Assembly (NCBI GenBank): GCA_958295515.1
Contig: CATQGW010000001.1
Location: 580,923 to 644,922 of the forward strand
DNA: 64,000 bases
DNA from: an uncultured Dehalococcoidia bacterium
GTDB lineage: Bacteria > Chloroflexota > Dehalococcoidia > Bin125
Direction of reading: 5' to 3'
Shown: positions 38,901 to 47,730 of the stretch, piece after piece
How positions within the stretch are numbered: position 1 is the stretch's first letter
Layout of the letters: each line of letters starts with the position of its first letter
Position numbers and translations under genes: made by a program
The notes under the pieces: generated by a model
Database searches by the model: none
Seen by the model: only the letters and a program-made list of their open reading frames with translations
What the model was told of the DNA's origin: nothing

Positions 38901-39968
38901 ATGAGCAACGCAGAAACCGCGCCCTCCAGCGCCCCCCGCTACAGCGCCACCGGCGTCGACGTCGACGCCAACGACCGCCTAATCGCCAGCTACCGCGAAC
39001 TGGCCGAGCGCGCCCGCCGCCCCGAACAGGTCGGCGCAGTCGGCGCGTTTAGCGGGCTCTTCGACCTCAGCGCTCATCCCAACCCCACACTCGTCGCCTC
39101 GACCGACGGCGTGGGCACCAAAGTGCTGATCGCCGGCCTCGCCGAGCGCTTCGACAGTGTCGGGCGCGACCTCGTCAACCACTGCGTCAACGACATCCTC
39201 ACCGCCGGCGCAAAGCCGCTCTTCTTCCTCGACTATCTGGCCGGCAACGGCCTCAGCGAGCAGCGCAAGATCCGGATCGTCTCAGGCGTCGCCGAGGCCT
39301 GCCGCGACGCCGGCGTCGCACTGCTCGGCGGTGAAACCGCCGACATGCCCGATGTTTACCAGTCCGGCGAATTCGACCTGGCCGGCACGATCGTCGGCGT
39401 CGTCGACCGCGAGCAGGCGATCAGCGGCGCAACGATCGCCGCCGGCGACCGCCTGCTCGCCCTGCCCGCCAACGGGCTGCACACCAACGGCTACTCGCTC
39501 GCGCGCCAGGCGCTGCGCCTGCGCCCCGCCGATGGCGAGCTTGCCGAGCGCCGCGCCCGTCTGACGGCTCACCTCCCCGAGCTCGGCGAATCGCTCGCCG
39601 ACGCCCTGCTTCGCCCCCACCCCGAATACCTCACCGACCTGCGTCCCGTCCTCGACTGCGTCAAGGGACTGGCGCACATCACCGGCGGCGGCGTCGCCGG
39701 CAACCTTGAGCGCATCCTGCCCGATGGTCTCGGTGCAGCGCTGGATCGCAGCGCCTGGAGCGAGCCGCCGATCTTCGACCTGATCCGGCGGCGCGGCGCG
39801 ATCGGCGACGCCGAAATGTTCCGCGTCTTCAACATGGGCGTGGGGATGATCATCGCCGTCGCACCGGAGGACGAACCGGCGCTGCTGGCTGAGCTCGACG
39901 GAGCGTCCGGCATCGGCGAGGTGCGCGCGCTGCAGAGCGGCGTCCGTGTGGAAATCAGCGGAGCATAA
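38901..39968 (+). CDS. purM: AIR synthetase
   Basis: TDGVGTK, GGETADMP, GLHTNGYSL, AHITGGG, FNMGVG. Confidence 0.96.
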   Translation: MSNAETAPSSAPRYSATGVDVDANDRLIASYRELAERARRPEQVGAVGAFSGLFDLSAHPNPTLVASTDGVGTKVLIAGLAERFDSVGRDLVNHCVNDILTAGAKPLFFLDYLAGNGLSEQRKIRIVSGVAEACRDAGVALLGGETADMPDVYQSGEFDLAGTIVGVVDREQAISGATIAAGDRLLALPANGLHTNGYSLARQALRLRPADGELAERRARLTAHLPELGESLADALLRPHPEYLTDLRPVLDCVKGLAHITGGGVAGNLERILPDGLGAALDRSAWSEPPIFDLIRRRGAIGDAEMFRVFNMGVGMIIAVAPEDEPALLAELDGASGIGEVRALQSGVRVEISGA

Positions 39969-39981
39969 TCAGCGGCGCTTA

Positions 39982-40010
39982 TTGACCGACCGCAGAGGCG
40001 CTCCTACATT
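39982..40010 (+). promoter_or_regulatory. Sigma70-type promoter for the cytochrome b operon
   Basis: TTGACC-17 nt-TACATT. Confidence 0.6.
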
Positions 40011-40127
40011 CCGCTTGCGTCGCATTCGCTGGGGGACTGGGTGAGCGGGCGCTTGCCCGATGCCCGTGTGAGTGCGACGATACGCACGCTGCGCGCGGAA
40101 CGCGGAGCGCGATGCGAAAGGCCGATC

Positions 40128-40259
40128 GTGGACCTGCTGGAGTTCGCCCTCGTCACGATCCCGTTCCGGTCGGAGATCATGGAGCTGCCCCTCGTGGCGC
40201 TCACCATGCTCTTCTGCTTTGGCGCGCTCGTCGTCCTCGGGCGCTGGTGGGAGCGGTAG
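40128..40259 (+). CDS. Small single-TM peptide (PetN-like)
   Basis: GTG preceded by AAAGG; 43 aa ending ALTMLFCFGALVVLGRWWER; stop 6 nt before cytochrome b. Confidence 0.55.
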   Translation: MDLLEFALVTIPFRSEIMELPLVALTMLFCFGALVVLGRWWER

Positions 40260-40265
40260 CCTCCC

Positions 40266-41021
40266 ATGGCCGAAATCGAACGCGCTCCCCGCAAGTCGCT
40301 CAACGAGCAGCTCTACGACCTGCTCTTCAAGAACTACGTCTGGCAGTCCATCTTCCGCACCGGCTACCCCAACACCCCGCGCAACCAGATGCTCGCGGTG
40401 GCCACCAACGTCTTCCTCCACCTCCACCCCACCCGCATCCACCGCACCCACGTCAAAATCACCCACACCTACTGCCTCGGCGGTCTCTCCTTCTTCATGT
40501 TCCTCGGCCTCACCGTCACCGGCGTGCTGCTGATGTTCTACTACGTGCCCTCCATCGAGCGCGCCTACCAGGACATCCAGGAGCTCGAAACCAATGTCCG
40601 CTTCGGGCAGCTGCTACGCAACATGCACCGCTGGATGGCGCACGCCATGATCATCCTCGTGCTCCTGCATATGATGCGCGTCTTCTACACCGGCGCCTAC
40701 AAGCCGCCCCGCGAGTTCAACTGGGTCGTCGGCGTCGTGCTGTTCATTCTCACCCTGCTGCTCTCCTTCACCGGCTACCTGCTCCCCTGGGACCAGCTCG
40801 CTTTCTGGGCAATCACGGTGGGCACAACAATGGTCGGCTCTGCGCCGGTGCTGGGCGACGAGAGCAAGTTCCTGCTGCTCGGCGGCTTCTCCGTCGGTCC
40901 CAACGCCCTGATCCGCTTCTACACCCTCCATGTGATCGGCTTGCCCTTGGTGATCTCGATCTTCATGGCGGTGCATTTCTGGCGAGTCCGCCGCGACGGC
41001 GGACTTGCGCGGCCGCTGTAG
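40266..41021 (+). CDS. Cytochrome b6-type subunit (split cytochrome b, N-terminal half)
   Basis: YCLGG (heme ci Cys), [28 protein letters not shown]. Confidence 0.93.
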   Translation: MAEIERAPRKSLNEQLYDLLFKNYVWQSIFRTGYPNTPRNQMLAVATNVFLHLHPTRIHRTHVKITHTYCLGGLSFFMFLGLTVTGVLLMFYYVPSIERAYQDIQELETNVRFGQLLRNMHRWMAHAMIILVLLHMMRVFYTGAYKPPREFNWVVGVVLFILTLLLSFTGYLLPWDQLAFWAITVGTTMVGSAPVLGDESKFLLLGGFSVGPNALIRFYTLHVIGLPLVISIFMAVHFWRVRRDGGLARPL

Positions 41022-41039
41022 CGGCGGGGGGAGCGACTC

Positions 41040-41939
41040 ATGGTCAGCCGCGCCGCCGCTGCGATCCGCACCCGCCCGCGCCGCGAACGCGAGTCGGAAG
41101 TACTCGTCTGGCCGGACCTCGTCTTCATCGAGTTCATCTCCGCCGTCCTCTTCTCGATCGCGCTGCTCGTCCTTTCCGCGATGGTCAACGCGCCGCTGCT
41201 CAACCGCGCCGACCCCGACACCACGCCCAACCCCTCCAAGGCGCCCTGGTACTTCCTCAACCTCCAGGAGCTGCTGCTGCACATGGAACCCGCCTGGGCC
41301 GGCGTGATCGTGCCCACCATCGCGCTCGTGCTGATCGCGGCGATCCCCTACTGGGACCGCGATACCGACGGCCAGGGCGTCTGGTTCGGCACCAAATTCG
41401 CCGGCCGGCTCGCCGTCTTCGGCTTCACCGCCTCCGTCATGGTCACCAGCCTGCTGATCATCTACGACGGCTCGCTGCACGTGATCTGGACCGAAAACAT
41501 CATCCGTGGCACCGGCCTCAACAGCGATTTCCAGTGGCCCGGCGGACTGGACTGGTTCCGCAACCTGCGCGGACTCGACACCGGCATCCCCTGGGAGTCG
41601 ATCGGTTTCACGATCGGCGGCTTTACGATGTTCGAGGACTGGCGCGCGATCCCGCTCGGCATACCCGGCACCACTACCGATCCATGGTTACTCAACCTCA
41701 ATTTCCCCTCATTCCTCTCCCAGCAGCTGGTGCCCGTCGCCACGATGGTCGGCCTGCCCGTGCTCTTCGTGCTCTTCTGCAAGATGCTCGGCTGGGTCCA
41801 CACCCGCCGCGACATCGCGCTGCTGATCTTCAGCGCCTTCATCGGCGTCTATCTCACAACCACCATCGTCGGCACCGCGTTCCGCGGCCAGGGCCAGGAC
41901 CTCAAGCCGCCCTGGGACATTGTGGTGCTGGAGGAGTAA
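41040..41939 (+). CDS. Cytochrome b subunit IV-like protein with extension
   Basis: VWPD, TPNPSKAPWYFL (PEWY-equivalent). Confidence 0.85.
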   Translation: MVSRAAAAIRTRPRRERESEVLVWPDLVFIEFISAVLFSIALLVLSAMVNAPLLNRADPDTTPNPSKAPWYFLNLQELLLHMEPAWAGVIVPTIALVLIAAIPYWDRDTDGQGVWFGTKFAGRLAVFGFTASVMVTSLLIIYDGSLHVIWTENIIRGTGLNSDFQWPGGLDWFRNLRGLDTGIPWESIGFTIGGFTMFEDWRAIPLGIPGTTTDPWLLNLNFPSFLSQQLVPVATMVGLPVLFVLFCKMLGWVHTRRDIALLIFSAFIGVYLTTTIVGTAFRGQGQDLKPPWDIVVLEE

Positions 41940-41945
41940 CGCGCC

Positions 41946-42671
41946 ATGAGTGAGCGTCGCCCCGGCACTGGTGAAGGCGGACCGCAGCGCCGCCTGCCCG
42001 CAGCCGCCGAACCCTCCGGCAGCTCGCGCCCCGCGCGCGCGCCGCACCTCGCGACCGGTGCGCGCGCCGGCGTCGTCCCCGACCAGCAGGGCGAGCGCGC
42101 GATCGTCACCCGCGCCCAGCGCCGCCGCGCCCGGGCCGGACAGATCACCCGCCGCCAGCTGCTCCGTGTCAGCTTCTGGGGCTTCTTCACCTTCAGCCTC
42201 ACCGGCGCGCTCGGCGCGTTCCTCTCCAACTTCTGGCCTCGCAACGTCACCGGCTTCGGCGGCAAAATCTCCGTCGCCGCCGCCGTCGTTCCCGAAGCCG
42301 GCGCCGACCCCTCCGCCGTGCCGATCGGCAAGTTCTACCTCTCCCACCTCAACGCCGGCGAGGGCACCCACGCCGGCTTTGGCGAAGAGGGCGACCAGGG
42401 CCTCCTCGCGCTCTGGTGGAAATGCCCGCACCTCGGCTGCACTATCCCCTGGCGCGCCGACTTCCCCTTCGAGGGCTCCTCCGGCTGGTTCCGTTGCCCC
42501 TGCCACGGCTCCACCTACACCAACGGCGGCATCCGTGTCTTCGGACCCGCCCCGCGGCCCATGGACACCATGGAAATCACCGTCAACCCCGACGGTTCTT
42601 TGACCGTTGACAGCGGTCGCATCACCAAGGGCGGGCAAGACAACCCTCGCCGCACAGTGCCCTACGCATAG
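41946..42671 (+). CDS. Rieske 2Fe-2S subunit
   Basis: TRRQLL Tat motif, CPHLGC, CPCHGS. Confidence 0.93.
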   Translation: MSERRPGTGEGGPQRRLPAAAEPSGSSRPARAPHLATGARAGVVPDQQGERAIVTRAQRRRARAGQITRRQLLRVSFWGFFTFSLTGALGAFLSNFWPRNVTGFGGKISVAAAVVPEAGADPSAVPIGKFYLSHLNAGEGTHAGFGEEGDQGLLALWWKCPHLGCTIPWRADFPFEGSSGWFRCPCHGSTYTNGGIRVFGPAPRPMDTMEITVNPDGSLTVDSGRITKGGQDNPRRTVPYA

Positions 42672-42689
42672 CGCAGCGGACGGACGAGC

Positions 42690-43805
42690 ATGACTGGTCA
42701 GAACACCGAGAAGCAGATCCTTGCGATGGTCGTGCTGTTGGTGATCTCGGTCGCCGCACTGGGCGCCTACACCTGGTTCGACAACGGCCGCCGCACCGAG
42801 GCGGCCAGCGAAGTCTTCGAGCGCGACTCCGAGCGCGGCGCGCACATCTTCGCCCGCAACTGCCGCGTCTGCCACGGCAACGACGGCGCCGGGCGCGAGA
42901 GCAACTCCACGCTGGTCGGCCCCGCCCTCAACACCCCCTCCAACACCTTCGCCTGGCGCACCGAAAACGCCGGCCAACTCGAATCGCTGCAAAACCGCTA
43001 CCGCTTCACCATCGCCTGCGGGCGCAACGGCACCCCCATGCCACCCTGGGCGCTCACGCAGGGCGGCTCGCTCGATGACTTCAAGATCGACAACCTCGTC
43101 ACCCTGATCACGACCAACGCCGGCAACGCCTGGGAGATCGCCGTCGAAGCCGCCATCCACGAGGATGAACTGGCCATCGGAAACCTCGAAATCGCCCTGC
43201 ACGGCGCGGAGCGACTCCTCGAAGCCGGAGGCTGGAGCGCCGATCTTGAGGCCGCCCAGGCCGCCGTCAACGCCGCCGAAGCCGACGACGCACAACTCGC
43301 CCTCCTGCGTCGCGCCCTCGCCGACGCCTTGGCCGAAGCCGACGCGCTCGCTGAAGCGGGCGCGAGCGACGAGGAAATCGCCGACGCCGAAAGCGCCGTC
43401 GAAAATGCCGGCACCGCCCTCGACAACTACGAGCGCTCCTACACGCGGCTCGTGCTCGACGCGATCGAGGTCGCCACCGGAGACCCGGAGCAAGACAAAG
43501 AGCAGATCGCCGAAGCGCGCAGCCGGCTGAACGAAGCCGGCGGCGTGCTGCGCACAGTCGCGGAGCAACGCGCCTGGCTCAAAGTCGCAACCGACCTCGC
43601 CACCGCCCACTCCAACCTCGATGAGGCCGAAGAACGCTTCGCCATCGGCCTGCCGATTATGCTCCCGCCCGCTCAGGTCACCGCCAGCACCTGCGGCCAG
43701 CTGCAGCAGTACCACCAGTTCGGAACCGCCGAAACGCTGACCGCCGCGACCGAAGGCGACCAACTCGGCGGCTGGCTCGACTCGCTGGACACCGACGACA
43801 GCTAA
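42690..43805 (+). CDS. Membrane-anchored monoheme cytochrome c with long helical extension
   Basis: N-terminal TM, CRVCH, GPAL, PMPPW axial Met, Ala/Glu-rich coiled coil. Confidence 0.85.
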   Translation: MTGQNTEKQILAMVVLLVISVAALGAYTWFDNGRRTEAASEVFERDSERGAHIFARNCRVCHGNDGAGRESNSTLVGPALNTPSNTFAWRTENAGQLESLQNRYRFTIACGRNGTPMPPWALTQGGSLDDFKIDNLVTLITTNAGNAWEIAVEAAIHEDELAIGNLEIALHGAERLLEAGGWSADLEAAQAAVNAAEADDAQLALLRRALADALAEADALAEAGASDEEIADAESAVENAGTALDNYERSYTRLVLDAIEVATGDPEQDKEQIAEARSRLNEAGGVLRTVAEQRAWLKVATDLATAHSNLDEAEERFAIGLPIMLPPAQVTASTCGQLQQYHQFGTAETLTAATEGDQLGGWLDSLDTDDS

Positions 43806-43851
43806 CGCGCTAACCTGAAATTCCGCACCGTGCGGATCGAGGAGGAATGCA

Positions 43852-43974
43852 ATGGCAGCAGCCCAGACCGGCAAGCGCTACGTCTGCCCCAGCTGCGGCG
43901 CGGAGTTCATCGTCACCCGTGGCGGCGAGGCCGAGCTGAAGTGCGGCGGCAACGTGCTCGAAGAGAAAAAGTAG
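43852..43974 (+). CDS. 40-aa desulforedoxin-like microprotein
   Basis: GGAGGA RBS; MAAAQTGKRYVCPSCGAEFIVTRGGEAELKCGGNVLEEKK, hand-translated and absent from the ORF track. Confidence 0.75.
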   Translation: MAAAQTGKRYVCPSCGAEFIVTRGGEAELKCGGNVLEEKK

Positions 43975-44008
43975 CGAACGACGCTCAGCACTCCCAGGAG
44001 GCAAACCC

Positions 44009-44152
44009 GTGGCAGTCCAACTCGGCAAGCGCTACAAGGACGAACAGACCGGCATTGAGGTGCTCTGCATCAAGCCCGGCGATTGCGATCTCAAGGCCGA
44101 TGACCGCGAGATGGAACTGATGCAGCCCAAGGTGCTGCCTTCGGCGGACTGA
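44009..44152 (+). CDS. 47-aa microprotein, paralogue of the preceding gene
   Basis: GGAGG RBS; MAVQLGKRYKDEQTGIEVLCIKPGDCDLKADDREMELMQPKVLPSAD, hand-translated. Confidence 0.75.
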   Translation: MAVQLGKRYKDEQTGIEVLCIKPGDCDLKADDREMELMQPKVLPSAD

Positions 44153-44172
44153 CCCCGCCCGCGGCAGCGCCA

Positions 44173-44634
44173 ATGCCCAGCCTGCGCGAACGCCTGCGCG
44201 ACGATCTCAAGGACGCCATGCGCGCCCGCGATGCCGTTCGCCGCGACACCATCCGCCTCGTCGAAGCCGCGATCAAGAACGCCGAAATCGAAAAACGCGG
44301 CGCCCAACTCTCCGATCAGGATGTGCAGGCCATCCTGCAACGCCAGGTCAAACAGCGCCACGACAGCATTGAGCAGTACGAACAGGTCAATCGCTCCGAC
44401 CTGGCCGACGCCGAGCGCGCCGAACTCGCCGTAATCGAGGCCTACCTTCCGCAGCAGATGTCGCGCGAAGAGATCGAAACCACCGCCCGCGCCGCCATCG
44501 AACAGCTCGGCGCATCCGGCCCCGGCGACCGCGGCAAAGTCATGGGCAAGCTCATGCCCCAACTCCGCGGCCAGGCCGACGGCGCAACCGTCAACGCCGT
44601 CGTCTCCGACCTCCTCTCCCCGCCCGACGCCTGA
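44173..44634 (+). CDS. GatB/YqeY domain protein
   Basis: DLKDAMRARD, KQRHDSIEQY, YLPQQMS, GKVMG. Confidence 0.92.
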   Translation: MPSLRERLRDDLKDAMRARDAVRRDTIRLVEAAIKNAEIEKRGAQLSDQDVQAILQRQVKQRHDSIEQYEQVNRSDLADAERAELAVIEAYLPQQMSREEIETTARAAIEQLGASGPGDRGKVMGKLMPQLRGQADGATVNAVVSDLLSPPDA

Positions 44635-44752
44635 CGCCTTTCCCTCTCCCCCTGCTGAAGGGGCAGTAGAAGAAATCCCCAACCGCCTGAACGCCCTCAC
44701 CCCGCCTGTATGATCACTCCCATCCCCTGAGCGTGGCGGCCGATGGCACCCG

Positions 44753-46954
44753 ATGCCCCGACAGCACTATTTCACTCCTCTCCGAGTCGGCGTCTTCAGC
44801 ATCGCCGTAGCAATCGGCATCGTGCTCGCGCTGACTCCGCTGCGCGGCGCTGAGCAATTCCCCCAACTCGGCGATGTCGCCGACCGCAGCTGGACAACCG
44901 ACCTGGAGATCACGTTCGACAGCGCGCATCTGACCGAGCAGGCGCGCGAAGAAGCGCGCGCAAGGGTCGAACAGCGCTTCATGTACGACGCGGACATCGC
45001 CCCCGCTCAGCTGGCGGCGCTGCAGGTGTATCTGGACGACCTGGTCTCCGCCAGAGCAGCCCGCGCGGAAGCCACCGCAGCGCTCGAACAGGAGGAGGTG
45101 GATGAGAGCCCGGTGCGGATCATGAGCAGCCGGGTCGATCCGGCCACGCAGGATGCGCTGCTGGAGATCGCAGAGCCCCAGTTCCGCGCCGTGCAGCGGG
45201 AGGCGCGCAATGTGCTCAACGCGCTGCTCCAGCGGCGCATCAACGAAGACGATCTCGCGCTGATTCGCCTCGACATCGCCGATCTGCTCGATCCCGAGAC
45301 ATCGGTCTTCCGGGCTGCGCTCGTCGATGATCTCGTCGCCGCCTACCTGCGCGCCACCCTCGTGCCCGACCCCACCGCCACCGCCGCCGCCCGCGACCGC
45401 GCCGCCGTCGCCGTAGCGCCCGTCACCGTCGCCTACCCGCAGGACGCGCTGCTTATCGCCGGCGGCGAAACCGTCGACGAAGTAACCGCCGAAGCGCTGA
45501 ACCAGCTCACGCCCCGCAGCGCCCGCGTGCCGCTCGAACCGCTCGCCGCCATGCTGTTGCTCGGCGTCGGCGCTTCCGCCGCCTGCGGCCTCTACCTCTT
45601 CCTTGCCAAGCCCGACGCCGCCGCGAGCGACCGGCGCATGCTGCTGCTCGGCTTCCTGATCGTCCTCGCCGTCCTCGCCGCCCGCGCCTGGTTCGAGTTC
45701 GCCCTGCCCGACTGGCGCACCGAATCGGTTGATCTGATGGTGCCCATCGCCGCCGGACCATTGCTGATCGCCGCCCTGCTCAGCACCGAACTCGGCGTCA
45801 TGTCCAGCGTGCTGATCGCCATGCTGGTCGGCGTCGCTGCTGTCGTGCTGCCCGACTACGGCGACGCAGCGCCGATGGGAGCGCAGGCCGTCCGTCCGGT
45901 CGTGGTCTTCTTGCTCGTCTCGCTCGCCGCCGTGCTCGCCTCAACCCGCGCCCAGGTGCTCTCGCAGTTCGGACTGACCGGCCTCGTCGCCGGCTTCACC
46001 GCGTTTATCGCCGGTCTTGCCTTCTGGCTCTTCGACGGCTCGCGCGAGACGGTCCAGATCGGCTGGCTCGGCCTCGCCGGCGTCGCCGTCGCCGTGGGCA
46101 CCGCGGTGATCACCATCGGCGCCTTCTCCCTGCTCGGCGCAGTCTTCGGAATCACCACCCGCATGCAGCTGATCGAGCTCGCCCAGCTCCAACGCCCGCT
46201 GCTGCGCCGCCTACAGGAAGAAGCGCCCGGCACCTTCCATCATTCGCTGCTGGTCGCCACACTCGGCGAGCGCGCCGCAGCCCAGATCAACGCCAACGCG
46301 CTGCTCGTCCGCGTCGGCGCGTATTACCACGACATCGGCAAGCTGCACAGCCCGGGCATGTTCATCGAGAACCAGGCTGAGGGACCCAACCCGCACGAGC
46401 AGCTCAACCCGCGCGAGAGCGCGCGCGTGATCATCGAGCACGTCCATCACGGCGACGCGCTCGCACGCGCCGCTCGTCTGCCGCGGCGCATCCGCGCCTT
46501 CATCTCCGAACATCACGGCTCGCGCCGTGTGACCTACTTCTACCGCAAGGCGGCGATGGCCGACCCTCGCGCCGAACCCGCTGAGTTCACCTACGCCGGT
46601 CCCCCGCCGCAGACGCGCGAAACCGCGATTGTGATGCTCGCCGACTCCTGCGAAGCCGTGGTCCGCGCCAGCCCCGAGCACGACGACCAGACCATTGGGC
46701 TGCTGATCGACAGCGTGATCGAAGAGCGTGTGCGCGAGCGCCAGCTGCACGAGTGCGACATCACGATGCGCGAGCTGCAGACCGTCGGCGAGTCGTTCAA
46801 ATCCACCTTGCGCGGCGTCTACCACGCGCGGATCGAATACCCCGAGCCCTCCGCGGCGGAGCGCGCCGAGATCGGCGTCCACTCCGTCGGCGCGACTGTC
46901 GCCGTCAGTCCGCCGCCGAGTGCGTCGGGCGGGAACCGCGATGCGCCGTCATAA
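44753..46954 (+). CDS. 7TM-HD (HDIG) phosphohydrolase, PgpH-like
   Basis: APGTFHHS, YYHDIGK, EHHG, MLADSCEA, RIEYP; extracellular domain plus TM bundle. Confidence 0.9.
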   Translation: MPRQHYFTPLRVGVFSIAVAIGIVLALTPLRGAEQFPQLGDVADRSWTTDLEITFDSAHLTEQAREEARARVEQRFMYDADIAPAQLAALQVYLDDLVSARAARAEATAALEQEEVDESPVRIMSSRVDPATQDALLEIAEPQFRAVQREARNVLNALLQRRINEDDLALIRLDIADLLDPETSVFRAALVDDLVAAYLRATLVPDPTATAAARDRAAVAVAPVTVAYPQDALLIAGGETVDEVTAEALNQLTPRSARVPLEPLAAMLLLGVGASAACGLYLFLAKPDAAASDRRMLLLGFLIVLAVLAARAWFEFALPDWRTESVDLMVPIAAGPLLIAALLSTELGVMSSVLIAMLVGVAAVVLPDYGDAAPMGAQAVRPVVVFLLVSLAAVLASTRAQVLSQFGLTGLVAGFTAFIAGLAFWLFDGSRETVQIGWLGLAGVAVAVGTAVITIGAFSLLGAVFGITTRMQLIELAQLQRPLLRRLQEEAPGTFHHSLLVATLGERAAAQINANALLVRVGAYYHDIGKLHSPGMFIENQAEGPNPHEQLNPRESARVIIEHVHHGDALARAARLPRRIRAFISEHHGSRRVTYFYRKAAMADPRAEPAEFTYAGPPPQTRETAIVMLADSCEAVVRASPEHDDQTIGLLIDSVIEERVRERQLHECDITMRELQTVGESFKSTLRGVYHARIEYPEPSAAERAEIGVHSVGATVAVSPPPSASGGNRDAPS

Positions 46955-47032
46955 CGTTGCCGCCCGCGCTCGCCGGTTGTCCCATCCGTCGCCGGCGATA
47001 GCATCGAGACGCATCTTCCAATGGAGGCCGCC

Positions 47033-47719
47033 GTGCGGTTTGCGGTAGTCGCGTTTCCCGGCACCTGGAGCGATTGGGACTGCATCCACGCGCTGAGGGA
47101 CCTGGGGCAGCAAGCCGAGCGTGTGTGGCACCGCGAGTCCGACCTCGACGGCTACGACGGGGTCATTCTGCCCGGCGGCTTCTCCTACGGGGACCACCTC
47201 CGCTGTGGGGCAATCGCTCGCTTCTCACCGGTCATGCAGGCGGTCAGCCGCCTGGCGGAGCGCGGCCGGCCGGTCTTCGGCTCCTGCAACGGCTTTCAGA
47301 TTTTGTGCGAGGCCGGCCTGTTGCCCGGCGCGCTGCTGCGCAACCACTCGCTGCAATTCCGCTGCCAGCCGCAGTATGTCCGCGTCGAGCGCGCCGACAA
47401 CGGCTTCACCGCGGCCTGCGAGGGCGGCCAGGTGCTGCAACTGCCGATCTCCCACGGCGAAGGCGCGTATCACGCTGCCCCGGATGTGTTGCGCGAACTC
47501 GAGGAGACGGGCCGCATCCTGTTCCGCTATTGCGACGAAACGGGCGCGCTGAGCGACGATGCCAACCCCAACGGCTCGCTGCACGACATCGCGGGCGTGC
47601 TCAACGCGCAGGGCAACGTGCTGGGGATGATGCCGCACCCGGAGCGTGCCTCCGACCCGCTGCTCGGCGGCACTGACGGCAACCTGTTGTGGCGCTCGAT
47701 CATCGAGCGCTGGGGCTGA
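47033..47719 (+). CDS. purQ: FGAM synthase glutaminase subunit
   Basis: FPGT, PGGFSYGD, CNGFQIL, HGEG, NPNGS, MMPHPER; GGAGG before GTG. Confidence 0.96.
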   Translation: MRFAVVAFPGTWSDWDCIHALRDLGQQAERVWHRESDLDGYDGVILPGGFSYGDHLRCGAIARFSPVMQAVSRLAERGRPVFGSCNGFQILCEAGLLPGALLRNHSLQFRCQPQYVRVERADNGFTAACEGGQVLQLPISHGEGAYHAAPDVLRELEETGRILFRYCDETGALSDDANPNGSLHDIAGVLNAQGNVLGMMPHPERASDPLLGGTDGNLLWRSIIERWG

Positions 47720-47730
47720 TCGTGCCCGAT

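Noticed and set aside
46954-47033. purS upstream of purQ
   Set aside because: The gap is too short and no PurS-like ORF is present; it is presumably elsewhere in the genome.
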